64,000 bases of DNA, taken from the NCBI RefSeq assembly GCF_964204865.1, contig NC_135251.1, positions 14,818,001 through 14,882,000 of the forward strand. The letters run 5' to 3'. The translations under genes were made by a program, and so were the position numbers. Below are positions 37,901 to 51,617 of this stretch, in pieces. This DNA comes from Styela clava (taxonomy: Eukaryota). The notes under the pieces are model-generated. The model made no database searches and was not told the origin of the DNA. It saw nothing but the letters and a program-made list of their open reading frames with translations. The stretch's first letter is position 1; the number at the start of each line of letters is the position of its first letter.

Positions 37901-40900
37901 TTGCAGAAGTTGATTTATCGAATACACGGAAAGTATTTATTTATCATCTCACTTGCGAACATCGGGGTTTGGGCGGAATTATACGAATATGTTGTTGTTC
38001 TTAAATAATAACTTTTTCGATGAATGTTTATTTTACTTTTGTGTATTAATTATGATATGTTGAGTTTTCGTTTATTTCAAATTCGAAATTGTCCGGAATA
38101 CTCAAACAGGTGTAATAAGTGTAATATTGATAGTATAGTGTAATCGAGTAACCAACTTAGAAGTCTTTAGAGATGTCTAATGAACTTGATGTATTACGGG
38201 TGTCGTAACCCCGGTTTTTTTTTATTAAATTTGATTGTTCTACCTTCCGCTTATAAAACAACATCGTTATACGGTCATCTAAGGTAACTCTCGCGACCAA
38301 ATCTTTTTGTTCTGTATGGCATCACCTTAGCGCCATTTATTACCGACTGAATTTTAATTGTGATTTATGATAAGTTATTTTCTGTTAGTTGGCGCTGATA
38401 ACGTGGCTAATTTCTTTATAAACATTTTTAATATGCTTAATTTTAAAATTTAAATTTTTTTTAAAATATGTTCCTTACGTCTCTGCTATAATTGACAAGC
38501 GATAGCACAAGATTCAGCAACAAATGATAAGCAAAGCTATTTTATAATCATGGGTTGCTTAATAAAGATTTGCAAATTATGGCAGGATATAAAGAACATG
38601 GCCTGAAATATATAATTAACAGAACGATGTTTATTTTTCAGTCGACGAAAACCCTTAATAATAACGATTGCCGAAATCGCGAAAAAAATGAATACGGATT
38701 TTCGATTGTGATCAGATGACTGAGAGGGCACATGTTTTTTTCTCTGTTCAAAGCAGATATAAAACGAATACCATGTTGCCGAAAAGCGGTTACGTGTTAT
38801 CTTTCTTTAGCCAATCAAAATAGTGGTAACGGTATATACAAGAGGTTTCTAAACTTTACAAACTCGGAACGCAATTAATATTAAAATTACAAGTAATGGT
38901 GCATGGAAAAACGAATTTGATTTTATTGAAATTGAAACGCACACACATAAGAGTTTTACATTTCATGCACAACTAACCGATGCTACATGTGAGATTTGTG
39001 CACATGAACGATTATATATCGCGATTATTTATGTGAGAATGCGTACTTCTCTTTCAACTTTAATTTCCGGGATTTCGGCGTTCACGTGGTCGACTAAAAA
39101 AGATTTATCAAATGGATTGGTATTTCGCCTCACACTCAAAATTATTTGGGAACCACTATCATGTCATTCGTTTATTTTTTACATTCATGTTTTTTTCAAG
39201 AATCACCCTGTTGTATTTCCTGTACCTTCGCAAAGGAAAACTCTTTGGTGTCATCATTACTATTAGTGTAATTGAAAGTGGCGTTGAGATGCGAATATTT
39301 CATACTAGGTCTGCAGCATTAGAGAGAGCGTTATTTATAAATGCTGGAAGTACATGGCCTTTCTAAAAAAAAATTGCAAATATATGATGTTTTCTACCCG
39401 ATTTGAACTAACTGGCACGCAAACCAATGCAAGTCGATATTTGAAAATTACACGTCTTAGCGTAATCCGTGAGACAGTATAATATAAATTAGGCCAAGCT
39501 AGCTCATGAAAGGGGTTTCAAAGTGATCTTGCATAATATTTCGGAAAAAAAATCTTCGATAGAAAGTAGGTCACTCTATCTATAAAAACAGCGGTACTTT
39601 CATGGTGATCTTGCGTTATTTCCCAAAGAAAAACTGGCCGGAGAAACATGACGTTAACCAATCTCTTAAAAGGGAAGAGGGCGGACTACTTTCAAGCATA
39701 TTCTTTCGGACGAGGAAGCGTGTTATACTAAAGCGATATTGGTGATGGGTCATGGGGATGTCATTTTGCCCGGGTTTTGTACAAATGATCCCCCTCCCTA
39801 GCTATGGCCGGTAGTAACTAATATCTGCATGTATCAATCGGTGTCTGTTAGATGGAAGAAACAAGTTTGCAAGGCTTGTCTGTTCAGGCGGGAGTGCGCT
39901 TTGTTACTGATGCTAGTGGTTGATTGCACGAAACTTTTATTCCCGACAAGTGTGCTTATCAGGTGTCCTTTGATGAATTCGCTTGTTTTTAACAAGAGTT
40001 TAAACGAAACTCCGTTAACGGAAAGACTTCAATTCACAATATTAACGGAAGGAGCGCTTTTTCGAGTATCTATGCTGTTTGAAATGAGTTTAAACAAAGC
40101 TAGGGCACCTAACTAGTTAAAATCAGAAAAAGCACTTTCGCACTTTTTTTTTCGACTGCGAAGCACTTTCGCACTCATGATTTCCTTAGAGTTAACACTG
40201 GTCCACAATCCACTAAACATTTGCGCAACGAAAGTTGGCGACGAAAGATAAAAGTTGATGACTTCTGCGCTAGACGAAAAGTACTGCCCCTAATGCGGAA
40301 AGACATGAAATGCAAGAAATACCCAAACTCCTAAATTACATCGAACTTTTCTAACACAATACCTTGAAGTAACTTTTTATTTTTTTATCACATCAATACT
40401 TTCTATGTTTATCTATACTATTTTCAGGATTTTCAAGAATTCGACTTCACGGAGAATTCACCGCCAGCAATCAGTCTCAAGTATTGGTTATCAAGGCGAA
40501 AGAAATTTCCCAGTTCCATGTTTTCTTTTGCAAAAGGTAATAGTTGATTTCATTTGTTTTGATCTTTCATCGATTTTCGTCGCACTTTTACATGTATTAT
40601 TTTAATGAATTAAATTTATTTGAAACATTCAATATGCTTCTTTTTTAATTTTGACTCGATTTTGGAACTTTTATGTTATCTCACATTTACTTGGTTTATA
40701 TCCTTAGGATTACATAGTTTTGTTGATTATATAAAAAAAAAAAAAAATTTTCTGGTTGAACAATGCATTTCTTCGTAACATTGTATATGCTCCGTCTACG
40801 AAGTGGTATCATAAGGTTATTATTGCAGGACATGGTGTCGGATTTCTAAGACGTTCGCGTAAACGAGAAATGATCACCGAGGCAAACGTTGGATCCACCA

Positions 40901-43900
40901 TTGATTCTCTTCGAAAAGTTTCTAAAGCGAAAACAATATGGAAGAAATTAGCGAAAGGAGGAAAACTGCGCGAATATGTCGCACCCAGTACCAATACCAG
41001 GTTCGAATTATTCACTGTTCCCGGAAAAATAGTAGCAGCTTGCAATAAAATTACTCCAGTCAACTAATCGAAATTGTCCAATATCATTTCACCGAAAGTT
41101 GACATAGCCGGTGTCAAAGATACAGTATCTCTTTTCAAATATCCATGTGGGCTTTGGTCTAACAACGGCCAGAATATAACATATGCCTATTAGTTCGCAC
41201 ATTTCATGTGCTTTTAAGACTATAGTTATCACAAGTTGGAATATCGTTTTCTTTCGATAATTGATCAAAGGTCTAACACTTTAACACAGATAATTAGTTG
41301 GGTACGAAATTTCTTCGTGGATAATTTATAACAAAATAAGTTTAATCATTTCAATTCATATGATCTTAACAATAAACTACGATGACAATATTTTTGTTTG
41401 TGACCAGAGCTTCGAGAAATAAAATCCACAAGCGAAGAGCAATGTTAACAATTTCATCTTCTATTGAAAACGATAGTTCCCGGCAAGACGAAAGTTCTGA
41501 AGAAATTATCGACAACAAAGTAAAGAAACTACGTAAACGAAGAGGTATCAATTTTGACACATATTGTTATCATACATGATATTTTATTTTAGACTCATCG
41601 TCCAATTGGGTTAAGTAAAAAAACAATAAATTATTTTAAATCAATTTTCGTACGTTCACGAACCTTCGTTTTTCAATATATAAATTCGATTTCGAAGTAC
41701 GGTTTCCGGGAAAATGGTCAAAAGCAAATGATGAATTTCACATGAGTTAAATCTAGAAATATAATAAAACCAATTTCCTTAGTTAAAGACCAAAAGTACA
41801 AATGGGTGATTTTTTTATTATACAATATTTCAACGCCTTCGCTCTAAATGGGGCCCAGCACAAGCAGGCACTGATATGTCGAAAGCTACTTTCTAAGACC
41901 AGAATTTTTTCGATTCCATATTGTTTATCCAATATATTACAACCTGGGGGAGATGGTGGGGTTGGGGTTTGAACCAGAAAACTTCAACATGCAAAGGCAA
42001 CACTGTTAGCACACGCCATAACAAGTGCATATTATTCTGATAATAACATTCTTTCAGATTTCAAACGTTCGTTCCTGGCAAAGCAAGTTTCGAGGGCGCG
42101 TCGTTCATTTATTTCTGGTGATAAGGACACATCTTCTCGTCATGTTGACGACTTTCCATTTGTGGCAAGTACAAGTCAAACAGAAGAATCGAGTGAAATA
42201 GATTGTGTTTCAGAAAGTTCTCCATCCATCTTATTAAAATGTGACGAAAATGACATTTTGACGTCTTTACACATGAATCTGATGTCAAAATACATGAATT
42301 CACCTCTAAAAGGTAAACCTATGAACGCAATTTCAAACGAGAACGGCCATATTTTGCGGACTAACAACTCCTCCGTAAGGCATATGGGCGAGGGATTGCA
42401 ATGTGAACACTTCGACACTGCAATTGATGGAAGTACCAAAAATGTTAACTTACAAAATGGTTCTGGTGATTTTCATGGCGCATTTTCTCCCAATCCTTTG
42501 ATTGATAATACAGAAAATCAAGCGAGAAATCAAACCACCATGAGCTGCAAGAATTATAATAGTGACAGTAAATTGCATTCGAACCATAAAGTGAACGAAG
42601 GATCAAATTGTGATGAAACCGATGGTAATAAAAGTGTTGATATTGGGAATCTACAAGGTGACCTTAATGAAGTAGATCGCCTTTTATTTGAAACGTCCAC
42701 AGGGAAAACTTCAAAGAATGACCTTCTCGAGTCGACCATATTAACACCTCCTCGGAGAAGATCTAAAAAGAATCAAATTTCTAATAAATTTGACATAAAG
42801 GATGAATATATTTTAGATGACAACTCAAGCCCGTATCCGGTATCAGAAATTACGAATAATGCGGACGAGGTAAACTTTCACGACAAACCCCATCCTCTTG
42901 TTTTAAGAGAAGAAGGTTGCAAGACTCATAATATCGCTAACCTGATTAAAAACCTCTCCACCGATTGCGTTGTACCCATATCGCCTATGAAATATCATAA
43001 ATCAGGAAAAAGATGGGTGAAGAACAATCAAATTTTGGAACCGAAAAAAGTGAAATCGCCTTTACGAAAAACATTTTTCAAATGCAAAACGGAAAACGAT
43101 GAAAGTTATCAAGTCAGGGATAGCGAAGATGCTGAAGCACCAATAACAAAGACCAAAACATCGACTAAAAGTAACACAATCAAGCAAATCAATTTTGATA
43201 ACATTGATTCCGAATCGGAGCAAAGACCTGAAGCAAATATTGCCGAATGGACGATGCTACCCAGGAAAGCTTGCAGCAAAGCCAAGGTGAATAATGCTAA
43301 TTGATCTCTCACTGTATTATATTTAATACATTACACAGATTAAATAATGTTATTACTAAACTCAATCTGGATCCTTTATACATTTGCAGCGATTCGTTTC
43401 ATACAACTTTGATAAATTCATTCCCTAAATAGTATCTTTTTTCATATGAATGGGTGCTTTTACACGCCTTGTTTGGAGCAAAATGCGTTAATTTTTTATC
43501 TTTCATTTATATTTATTGTATTATCGCATTCAAGTCCTCATCACAGCCCCACACCAGGGTATATGAAATTGTGTAAGTACACTCGGTACGAACCTTGCTC
43601 TCTAATATAGTCTATTCTGTGTTGGAACAACGCCGTATACAAAATTCTACGAGTCATGATCAGTTATCCTTTCGTTTAAAATATATTATTATCAGTGATG
43701 AAGTGAGCATTAGCGATATTAGTAGCAGTGATCGTGATATAACATCCAACACCCCGTATCTATATTATAAATTTAATTTAGAGTACATACCTACTGTTTT
43801 ATTATAAGATACAAGTTACAAGAACCTCATATAGCTAATGATGCTATTTGTTGTTGTAATATTTGGGTATATATTTCAATTTCACTGAATCATGAAATTC

Positions 43901-44169
43901 TTTCATTGAAATCATTCTTTCATTGTGTGACACTCGTCTCATATTTGCGATGCCACACCTCTTGTTTGGGAATTTCATCATTTTACTTTCTTCTTGTGCA
44001 ACACCGATCGTTTCTTTAACAGCAAAAGATCAGTCAGCTGTCAAAACTGGCGAAAAGACAGAAAAGTTTCACGAAATCATCATCCCAACAATCTAATGAA
44101 AAGAATATTAGAGAAGATGATGACGTCACTGATGAAGAAGATCTTCCAACTGTACCATGGCTGAAATGA
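28945..44169 (+). CDS. Uncharacterised large low-complexity, probably nuclear protein (~1490 codons). Predicted exons 28945-29477, 29598-30165, 30402-30508, 30924-31020, 31092-31194, 31445-31662, 31949-32001, 32505-32757, 32961-33884, 40428-40536, 41410-41544, 42058-43286, 44023-44169
   Basis: Chain of phase-compatible GT-AG exons joining the long ORFs at 28939, 29632, 33102 and 42162; basic NLS-like runs (KRRRK, RRSPRKR, KKLRKRR); PLDLS motif; ends EEDLPTVPWLK*. Two caveats: in-frame TAG at 29611-29613 and a weak acceptor at 41409. Confidence 0.7.
34152..34392. mobile_element. Merlin-like palindromic MITE
   Basis: Long TIRs GGTATTCCCAAAGTATGTGAACCAAGATGGCGGACACCGGAAC and its mirror ending GGGAGTACC; TSD AAAATTCG / AAAATTTG. 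Confidence 0.8.
34462..40200. mobile_element. 5.7-kb degenerate hAT DNA transposon filling most of intron 33885-40427
   Basis: TIRs CAGTGTTCACT / AGTTAACACTG; TGCGAAGCACTTTCGCA subterminal repeats at both ends; perfect 8-bp TSD GTCCACAA at 34454-34461 and 40201-40208; no intact transposase ORF. Confidence 0.88.
41950..42020 (-). repeat. Degenerate tRNA-like (Ala-TGC-like) head, probably a SINE remnant
   Basis: On the - strand ...TTGCCTTTGCATG...CTGGTTCAAACCCC (B-box-like); a full cloverleaf cannot be built. Confidence 0.35.
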
Positions 44170-46059
44170 AATCTCGTTTGGAAGCACTAGTGGTAAATAA
44201 ATATGAATATGGGTAATTTGAAACATAACAGATTCGTTCTGCAGTTACTTTTCAAAAAACCATTTATACAAAACACAATGTCATTTTTGAATTGTGTTTC
44301 TTCATTTCCGATATTCAATCGTCATAGTATTGTAATATTGAGAACTAATACTAGAAACTTTTTGCCACTGACAGTTTTTAGATAAATTTTGCACGTACTA
44401 TGGTATGTATTCATTGTTATTGAACATCAATATATTTCCCGTTTTCTGGTACTTGTAATGTTTTTATACGTTTTGTGCACGTTGCTCCGTATTCATCATA
44501 TATATCGCTTTATTAATCTAATAAAAATATACAGGACCATACTATTTTACTCTCATCTCCGTCTAATATCATATATACTATACTTTAATTCTCACATAAA
44601 CACTTATACCTCGGATATATATGTCTCGTTGTTTTTCTTTTTATTTGGCTATTCATCGACTATATCATCACCAAAAATGTAATTGTTTATTTGACATTGT
44701 TTTCAATACAGTTCAGTTGAATATATGTTTTTTGTTTTTGCTTATTTATCACGGGTTTAGGGAGCTGATAGTGTATTGACATCAGCATATTGAAGGAATT
44801 TTCACGAATTGGAAAGCCAGTACAGATGCAGATTACAGATTCAGTAACACCTTTGGGTACCGTTATCGTTAACTTCGTTGCGGGGATATTTTAATTAGGT
44901 GAACTAAATTATGTCAAGATTCAAACATAGTTTCAGTTGCTCCTATGAAGATATTAAAAAACAAGAGAGCCATGCTCAAATGCACGAAAGCGGAAACGAA
45001 GTAATACGAGTATGCAATCTGTCGCAGTAGATGGGAACCGTACCGCAGCTGACCGCCGGATATCAACTTAAGCGAAAGCGGAACCGCCACAAGAGGCGCA
45101 ATGATTTTGATGGTTTGATCGCACACAAAAAACGAAACGTACGACGTACCAGACTATAGGAATATAGTGTATCCGATACTGCATACATACGGCGCAACCG
45201 GTACTGGTTTTAAGTGTCGGCAATAAAGCATAAGGCACTACCTGATTCATACATTACGCTCACAGCCGATTTTTGACATAAAATGAGGTAAAGTGCGCAT
45301 TATGGTCCGTAAAATATGATAATAAGCGATTTTTTTGTAACAATAAGAAAAAGAATTCTAACAACAACATAATACCGAACGATCCATATGTATATTTCGA
45401 GTCCAACAACAACATAATAATAACAAAATGACCCGTAGGTCTATTTCGTGTCCATGGATACAGAATCCGTTATTGGAAAATTACCGTTAGAAGAGCATAC
45501 GGACCTAGACCATAAACTTAGACCACAAAATAGATCAGCCGAAAATCCACGAGGGGATCCACGCAATTTCCTTGGCTCAGAAAAATGCGGAGTAATACAA
45601 CCACGATGATGAATATAAAATCAACTTTTCCGAAACACTACCATAGTAAAATATAAATATTCAAAAAAAATGGTCGAGAAATTGAAGAAAAAAGATATTT
45701 TATGTCACAACAATCGGAAGACCGATTCATTGCACACTCCGTTTCCAATACGCAGTCTCAGTCATGTATTGAGCCATAATCCGTTAGGTGTACCTGCTGC
45801 GCCAGGGTATCGGTACCCGGACTGTCCTTTCCAAAGTCCTGCTTGTGACAATTGTGATTCATGATTCTTGTCTTAACGTACATTGGAATACCAAATGCTC
45901 CGTGTCAAAACCATAGTCCCTCCCTCCCCCCGCAAAAAAAAAAATTTGCTCAGCACGTGATTCGCTGATATGCGGTCGCGGCACCGCCGCACCGATAGAA
46001 TCAATTTTTAATTTTGTTAACGTCACTACACAAAACGTCGAAAACAAAAAACGAATCCC

Positions 46060-46230
46060 ACAGAACACGCAGGGGTTTTTGGAATAAATACAAGTAATAG
46101 CCTCCTAGCGACTACAGCAATCCCTGAAAAATTCAAAGCAATAGGTCCGATGAGTAATGAGAAAAGCAATTTTCACATGAGGTAGAAAAATACAAAATAA
46201 AAAACGGGTACACTTCGTGTCGAATAATTA
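46060..46230 (-). repeat. Dispersed repeat family copy (reverse orientation relative to 1767 and 8726)
   Basis: AAGTAATAGCCT ... CTGAAAAATTCAAAGCAATAGGTCC ... CTTCGTGTC is the reverse complement of the family motifs; a related stretch lies at ~45350-45460. Confidence 0.6.
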
Positions 46231-49200
46231 ACCCGTGACTTTATATTGATGCCAAAGACGGTTTATAAAGCTATTCATACCACGGTAGATATTGTTTATC
46301 ATAAAAAACATAGCGCCTAGCGCACTTGTCATGACAATTGCGTCGATTTACTACCTCAGATAATTACGTATATCCTGCAGGTATTTGTCTACGGCGTCAG
46401 TTATCGATTCTAAGAAAAATATTCTTGTTTACAGAATAATAAGAACAGATTTATAAGTATTTGGTAATCAAGAGACAATCTATCATCATTATTGATATTT
46501 TATAGCATAAGGTAACTTACAGACTCTTAACCTCAATTCGGCATGAAAAATCATTTCGTAGAGAACATTTGCAAAAGGACAACGTAATTGCGAGTTTGCC
46601 TCACGCATAACGATGAAAGGTTTATATAGTATTCATTATGCCTATTTTTAGGCTATATATAAAAAGTGAAGGAGATTTTCAGAAATGGTCATCTTTTAGC
46701 TCATTTGCCTCACTCGAAGATCCAGTACGATTGTAACTTCTGGAATTTAGGTGAATTAAATAGTACGTTATGGCGTAACATTCTCTCGTATTACATGAGT
46801 GCCAGATACAAATAACTGGGCAAAACTGCACGTTTTTTCAACATAGGCCTTCTAGTAGTTCTAGCGGGCACAAAAGTTTTCAAGCCAAATGTTAGGGCAT
46901 TGTAACGTCATAAACATCTGATATAGGCTTTGCAGCGCAAATGGATTGGAAATATTCGCACGCACCAGGTTAAACTAAATCAAAAACTCGTTTCGGGCGG
47001 GCCGAACACTATTCAATAGTGGCACTCCGCGGGTCGCATAATTTTTTCTTATGAGGCGCAGGTTGCACACCCCTGGCGTACGGCATTGTGCCTTTCTGAG
47101 TAAGGTAACGTGAAGTTATTGCGCGTTCTCCCATCAGAAAGTATATTGCCAACACGCTTTGGATTACGTTATTTTGTTTGTTTGTTACATAGTGTTAATG
47201 ATCGGTTATTCCCTCGATTTAGCGCTATCGTACTGCGAAAACACGGTTCTCCAGGCATACATTCCAAAGGTTTCATACACACATGCTTGTTGCGCGCGGT
47301 ACTAAAACATTGTAATTATACCTACAAAGGATGATAATTACTACTTTGATAACACAACTGTCAAAGCAAACTGTCGCATTTACATCGTTTATATGACGTG
47401 AAATTTTGTTCTTAGCTGTTATACAAGTGTAAATGAGAAGACGTATGTATTGGTAAATTTCAAGTTCGGGCTATTTTAAAAATGATAAGGGCCGATTTTC
47501 TATAGGAGGGCTTTCATTGATTTACTCTTTTACTTTTCGCATAGTATGTGTGATTGTTACATAGAAATAATAGAGTTTCATAGTTCGTTTAGGCAAATTC
47601 ATTCAGGTGAATACTATGCTAATCTGATATATAAATCATTACTCATAATATTTTTTATATATTTGATACTAAAGGATCAACAGACTTCAAATATAGCTTT
47701 TAGAATTCTATTTTTCTCATTTCAAAACATTTCCCACCTTACTAATTGGATTTGTCATGCTCCTGTCATGGATTTATTCGCGTTATATAAAACTGTAGTA
47801 TATGTTGTGTATTCCGACAGATTACTTATATATTTAGTATGGTATTATAGACATACATCCTAATATTCCAAATGTTAGAGAAGTGTTATAAAAGTTACAG
47901 CAATCGTTGAAGATACTGTTCTTTATGTTTTTCGCCTCATATAGCCACAGCTGAGTTTTTTTCTTACACCTAGTAAGTTGCAGGATAAAAGAATTGGGCG
48001 TAGAAAAAACAGAAAACATTATCATGTAATGTTCTCTGTTTTTTCTGCGGCTTAGTAGATAAAACGACTTGGTGATAGGGACACGTTTCCGACATAATGA
48101 TCTAATAGGTAAGTTTCAAACAACAAACATAGATGTTGACAGGGCAGGCTTGAGATTTCCATACTCTAACTTACATTTATCCAAAATGGTGATTTTAGCG
48201 GTGCTAAAAAGGGAATGAAATTCTGAAAACAAAATGACACTTAAAGTTAAAATTCGAGAAAAATATTGTCAACGTTCTGTCTGGCTATTCAAAAAATTGA
48301 TATTGTTTAAATTAGGACAGAAACCTATTATGTTCTCATATTAATTTGTATATCTGTATCCTTTCTACTTTTTTTATTCACTGACGCATTAATGTTCTGA
48401 TACATTTATTCTGAATCTTTGTGTACCGAGTAATGTAGTTTTACTTAGTGGAAACAGTTACCCTAAATCCAATTGTAAGGTATATTCAATTTGCCTACTA
48501 TTGGGATTTTTGTACAGGAGTCAAAACTTGCCTATAAAACAATAATCTCTTGGCAGACAACAGCCTGTTCAAAGCATCGATGCTACACGTTCAAATGCAA
48601 TTATTTAGATGGTGATTTCCAGAAATTTTTATTAATTGTGATATAGCGGTATTGCATATCAATTTTGATTCAATTAATTTCTGGTAATTTCCTGATAAAA
48701 ACACTGATGAAACACAGCTTTTATCCGATATTTTAAAATGAAATATTATGTTGGCAAGGAAGAAATGAACTCGTGCCAAAAGCGTATACCATTAAAAACA
48801 AATAGCTCAAAGCGATATCGCGTCGTCTAATTCAAATATGGAAGTTACGAAGCCACTGGAAAGCAATGAAACGTCACAATTATCTGAATCTAAAAACTAC
48901 GACATGACGCAAGGACCCCAAATATAGCGTAGAATTCGCCGTTTTATTCAATATTGGCTTGACGAGATGTGTGATATTGTGTGTAGACCAGGAAAGCGTC
49001 CTAAGGATTAATCAGCAGGCTGAAATCTTTGACTGTAAAACGATTTCGAAAACGAAGAGAAAGGTATAAATCAGTTATTCTCGGATTCTTATAACCATTA
49101 GGTTTAGACAATTTGAAAGCTATATGAGTTTACGGCATGGTTCCATTCTGCGATATAGAAGTATGCATGAGATAATTCTGTTATAAACTTACATAGACTG

Positions 49201-51617
49201 TAGTAATATGATACTTTAGTTATTTTTCTAGTTTTAAAACATTTTGGCACGAACCTTGTCTTAAAATCAGCAAGGATAAGACAATCGTGGGCTTTTATAG
49301 ACTTCGTGTTTTTATCTTCGATTCGACTCTGAAAAAAATGAATAAAAGAGAAAAATTCAAATCATGTGTTTTATTTAATGCTTTTTATATTAAGGGAAAA
49401 CTATTAATCATTTTAAAAATGTTGAATTTGGAATAAAGATCAGTGATATCTATCAGAATATTCCAGGGTATGCTGTTTAAGAGATTGGATCGAGTTTACA
49501 ACAGGTCGTTTAGACTGAGAAAGGTATAAATAAAATATTCCAGACAGGCTTGGCAAATTTTAACTAACAATGCCAATTGTGTATGTATCAAAATGTTGTA
49601 TTTTATTTTTATTAGTAATATCGTTATATTGGTATAAAATTTGATATTTATATAGTTTTCGTTTTTGTGAAATTTCATATGAAACGAGCATCGATGCATC
49701 TTTCAGAGTTATATATTGAATAGTTTAGTTGTATATTGAGAATTTATTGGACTACTATATATAATTCGCATATAGTTACACACTGCATTTATTAGGGGAA
49801 ATTACCAGTACAACATAATCTTTCCACCAAGTTTGTTTTTCAATCTAATATAAAATTGAATACAATTTTGCCTGTACATAATTGATCACGAATTCAAATC
49901 TGTATGATGATGACAAATAGTCGCCATCTAAATTAGTACGTTTAACCTAATATCAATTTATATTAACAAATAGGCTTAGTGAACTACAAGGTCAATTTTA
50001 ATATTAAAGTACATATATTTATGCAGCGTTATTTGAACATTGCTTTACGCATTGCTTGGGGCAAATAATGAAAATGACTGCTGCGGTAATCGACCAACGT
50101 AGCTAAACCTATAAAGCCGGTTTTCTATCGTTAGAACTTACTTTGAACCTCGTGTTTATATGACGAAACATGTTGTTATATTTTTATAAAAAAGTGAACG
50201 AACAGGAACCTTCGGAACAATATTCAGTTTGATTGTTTGAGAGAGCGTTTGAAGTTAGGTAAAAAAGTAGATTGGCGTATTGTAAAACGTTTTTGGATTC
50301 TGTAAAAAAAGAAAAAAACTACAAATATCCTGTAATTTATAAAATTTTGTAGACATTATTAAGCGCAGTTTTGTAATACATGCGTTATTTTGATCGCATG
50401 ATATAGTACGGCTTAAAATTCCATAGTATACCGCTGAAACTCTTTCGGAAACTGTTTTGAGCAGTTTTTAATTCCAATACTGAGTATTTGACTATAGATT
50501 TAGTAGGAAGATTGTTCTTCCATTATAGTTTAGAATTGATAAAAAGAAAAATCTATCTTAATTTGTACAACGAAATAATAAACTTCTGTCAAATTCAAAT
50601 GAAGCAAAGTTATTCATAATATGGTACATTAAATAAATATTGGAATACCGTCAGGTTATTTTACAATTTGTGGAAATTTTTATTTGTAATACGGTATGGG
50701 GATTTCACAAATATATTAGAAATATAATTTTAAAATCGTAGCGTATTTTTGCTTCATAAATAATTTTAATGTTCCAGAAACATATCAAAAGTATAATTAT
50801 TGATGCGTTTTTTATCTCTTTATTTTGAGTTAGAAAGTTTTACGTTGGAATTATTTCAAGTAAATTGTTTTCAACGTAAAGTATTAACCAACCGTACGTG
50901 GTATTTTCAATGTATGCGTTATCAATACTACATAAAAATACCGAATTCAACGCCAGACAGTGTCACAGTTGACGGATAGAAATTTGGCCTCACTATTTGC
51001 AAAATGTGACCTGACTTATTTATTGATTACCGATTTTGCTAATTTTTGGCATAAATATTTTTTATTTTTTTTTTCTCTCGAAGAAATTATCTATTTGAAT
51101 AAAATTGCACGCCAATATGTATATGATGTATGTACCTGCTGCAATCATGAAGTAGCAATGCATTTATGTTATCTAATAACACAGTGCGAGTTGACAGCCG
51201 CCCGATCCGTGTAATACCTCAATGAATGAGTTCTTTTTGCGTTTTCCCGTCGATAGGGCAAAAATTGAGAACAGTTTGTCGTTTAATTAATGTGTTTGAG
51301 AACTCATGTTGTGTATTTAAATGTCATTGTCTTGCAACCTTCTGAATTCAATGACCTTTATGAAGCTCAGTCATTCCATTTGACTTTTTGTATTTTTTTT
51401 CACACGTCTTTTAGATATAAAGTAGCCGCCACACCTGTACAAATAGTAAAGGCAGTGATTAGCCTGTAATTAGGATAAAATCACAAGCCATTTACCCAAT
51501 GTAGGCTAACTATTTCGTCAAAATAAATCGCACTAACTATTGAAGAAGAAAATCGCATCTTAACATTTTTGGGGAATACCCAGTACATCACATCGGGACA
51601 AGGACCACATCAGGAGT

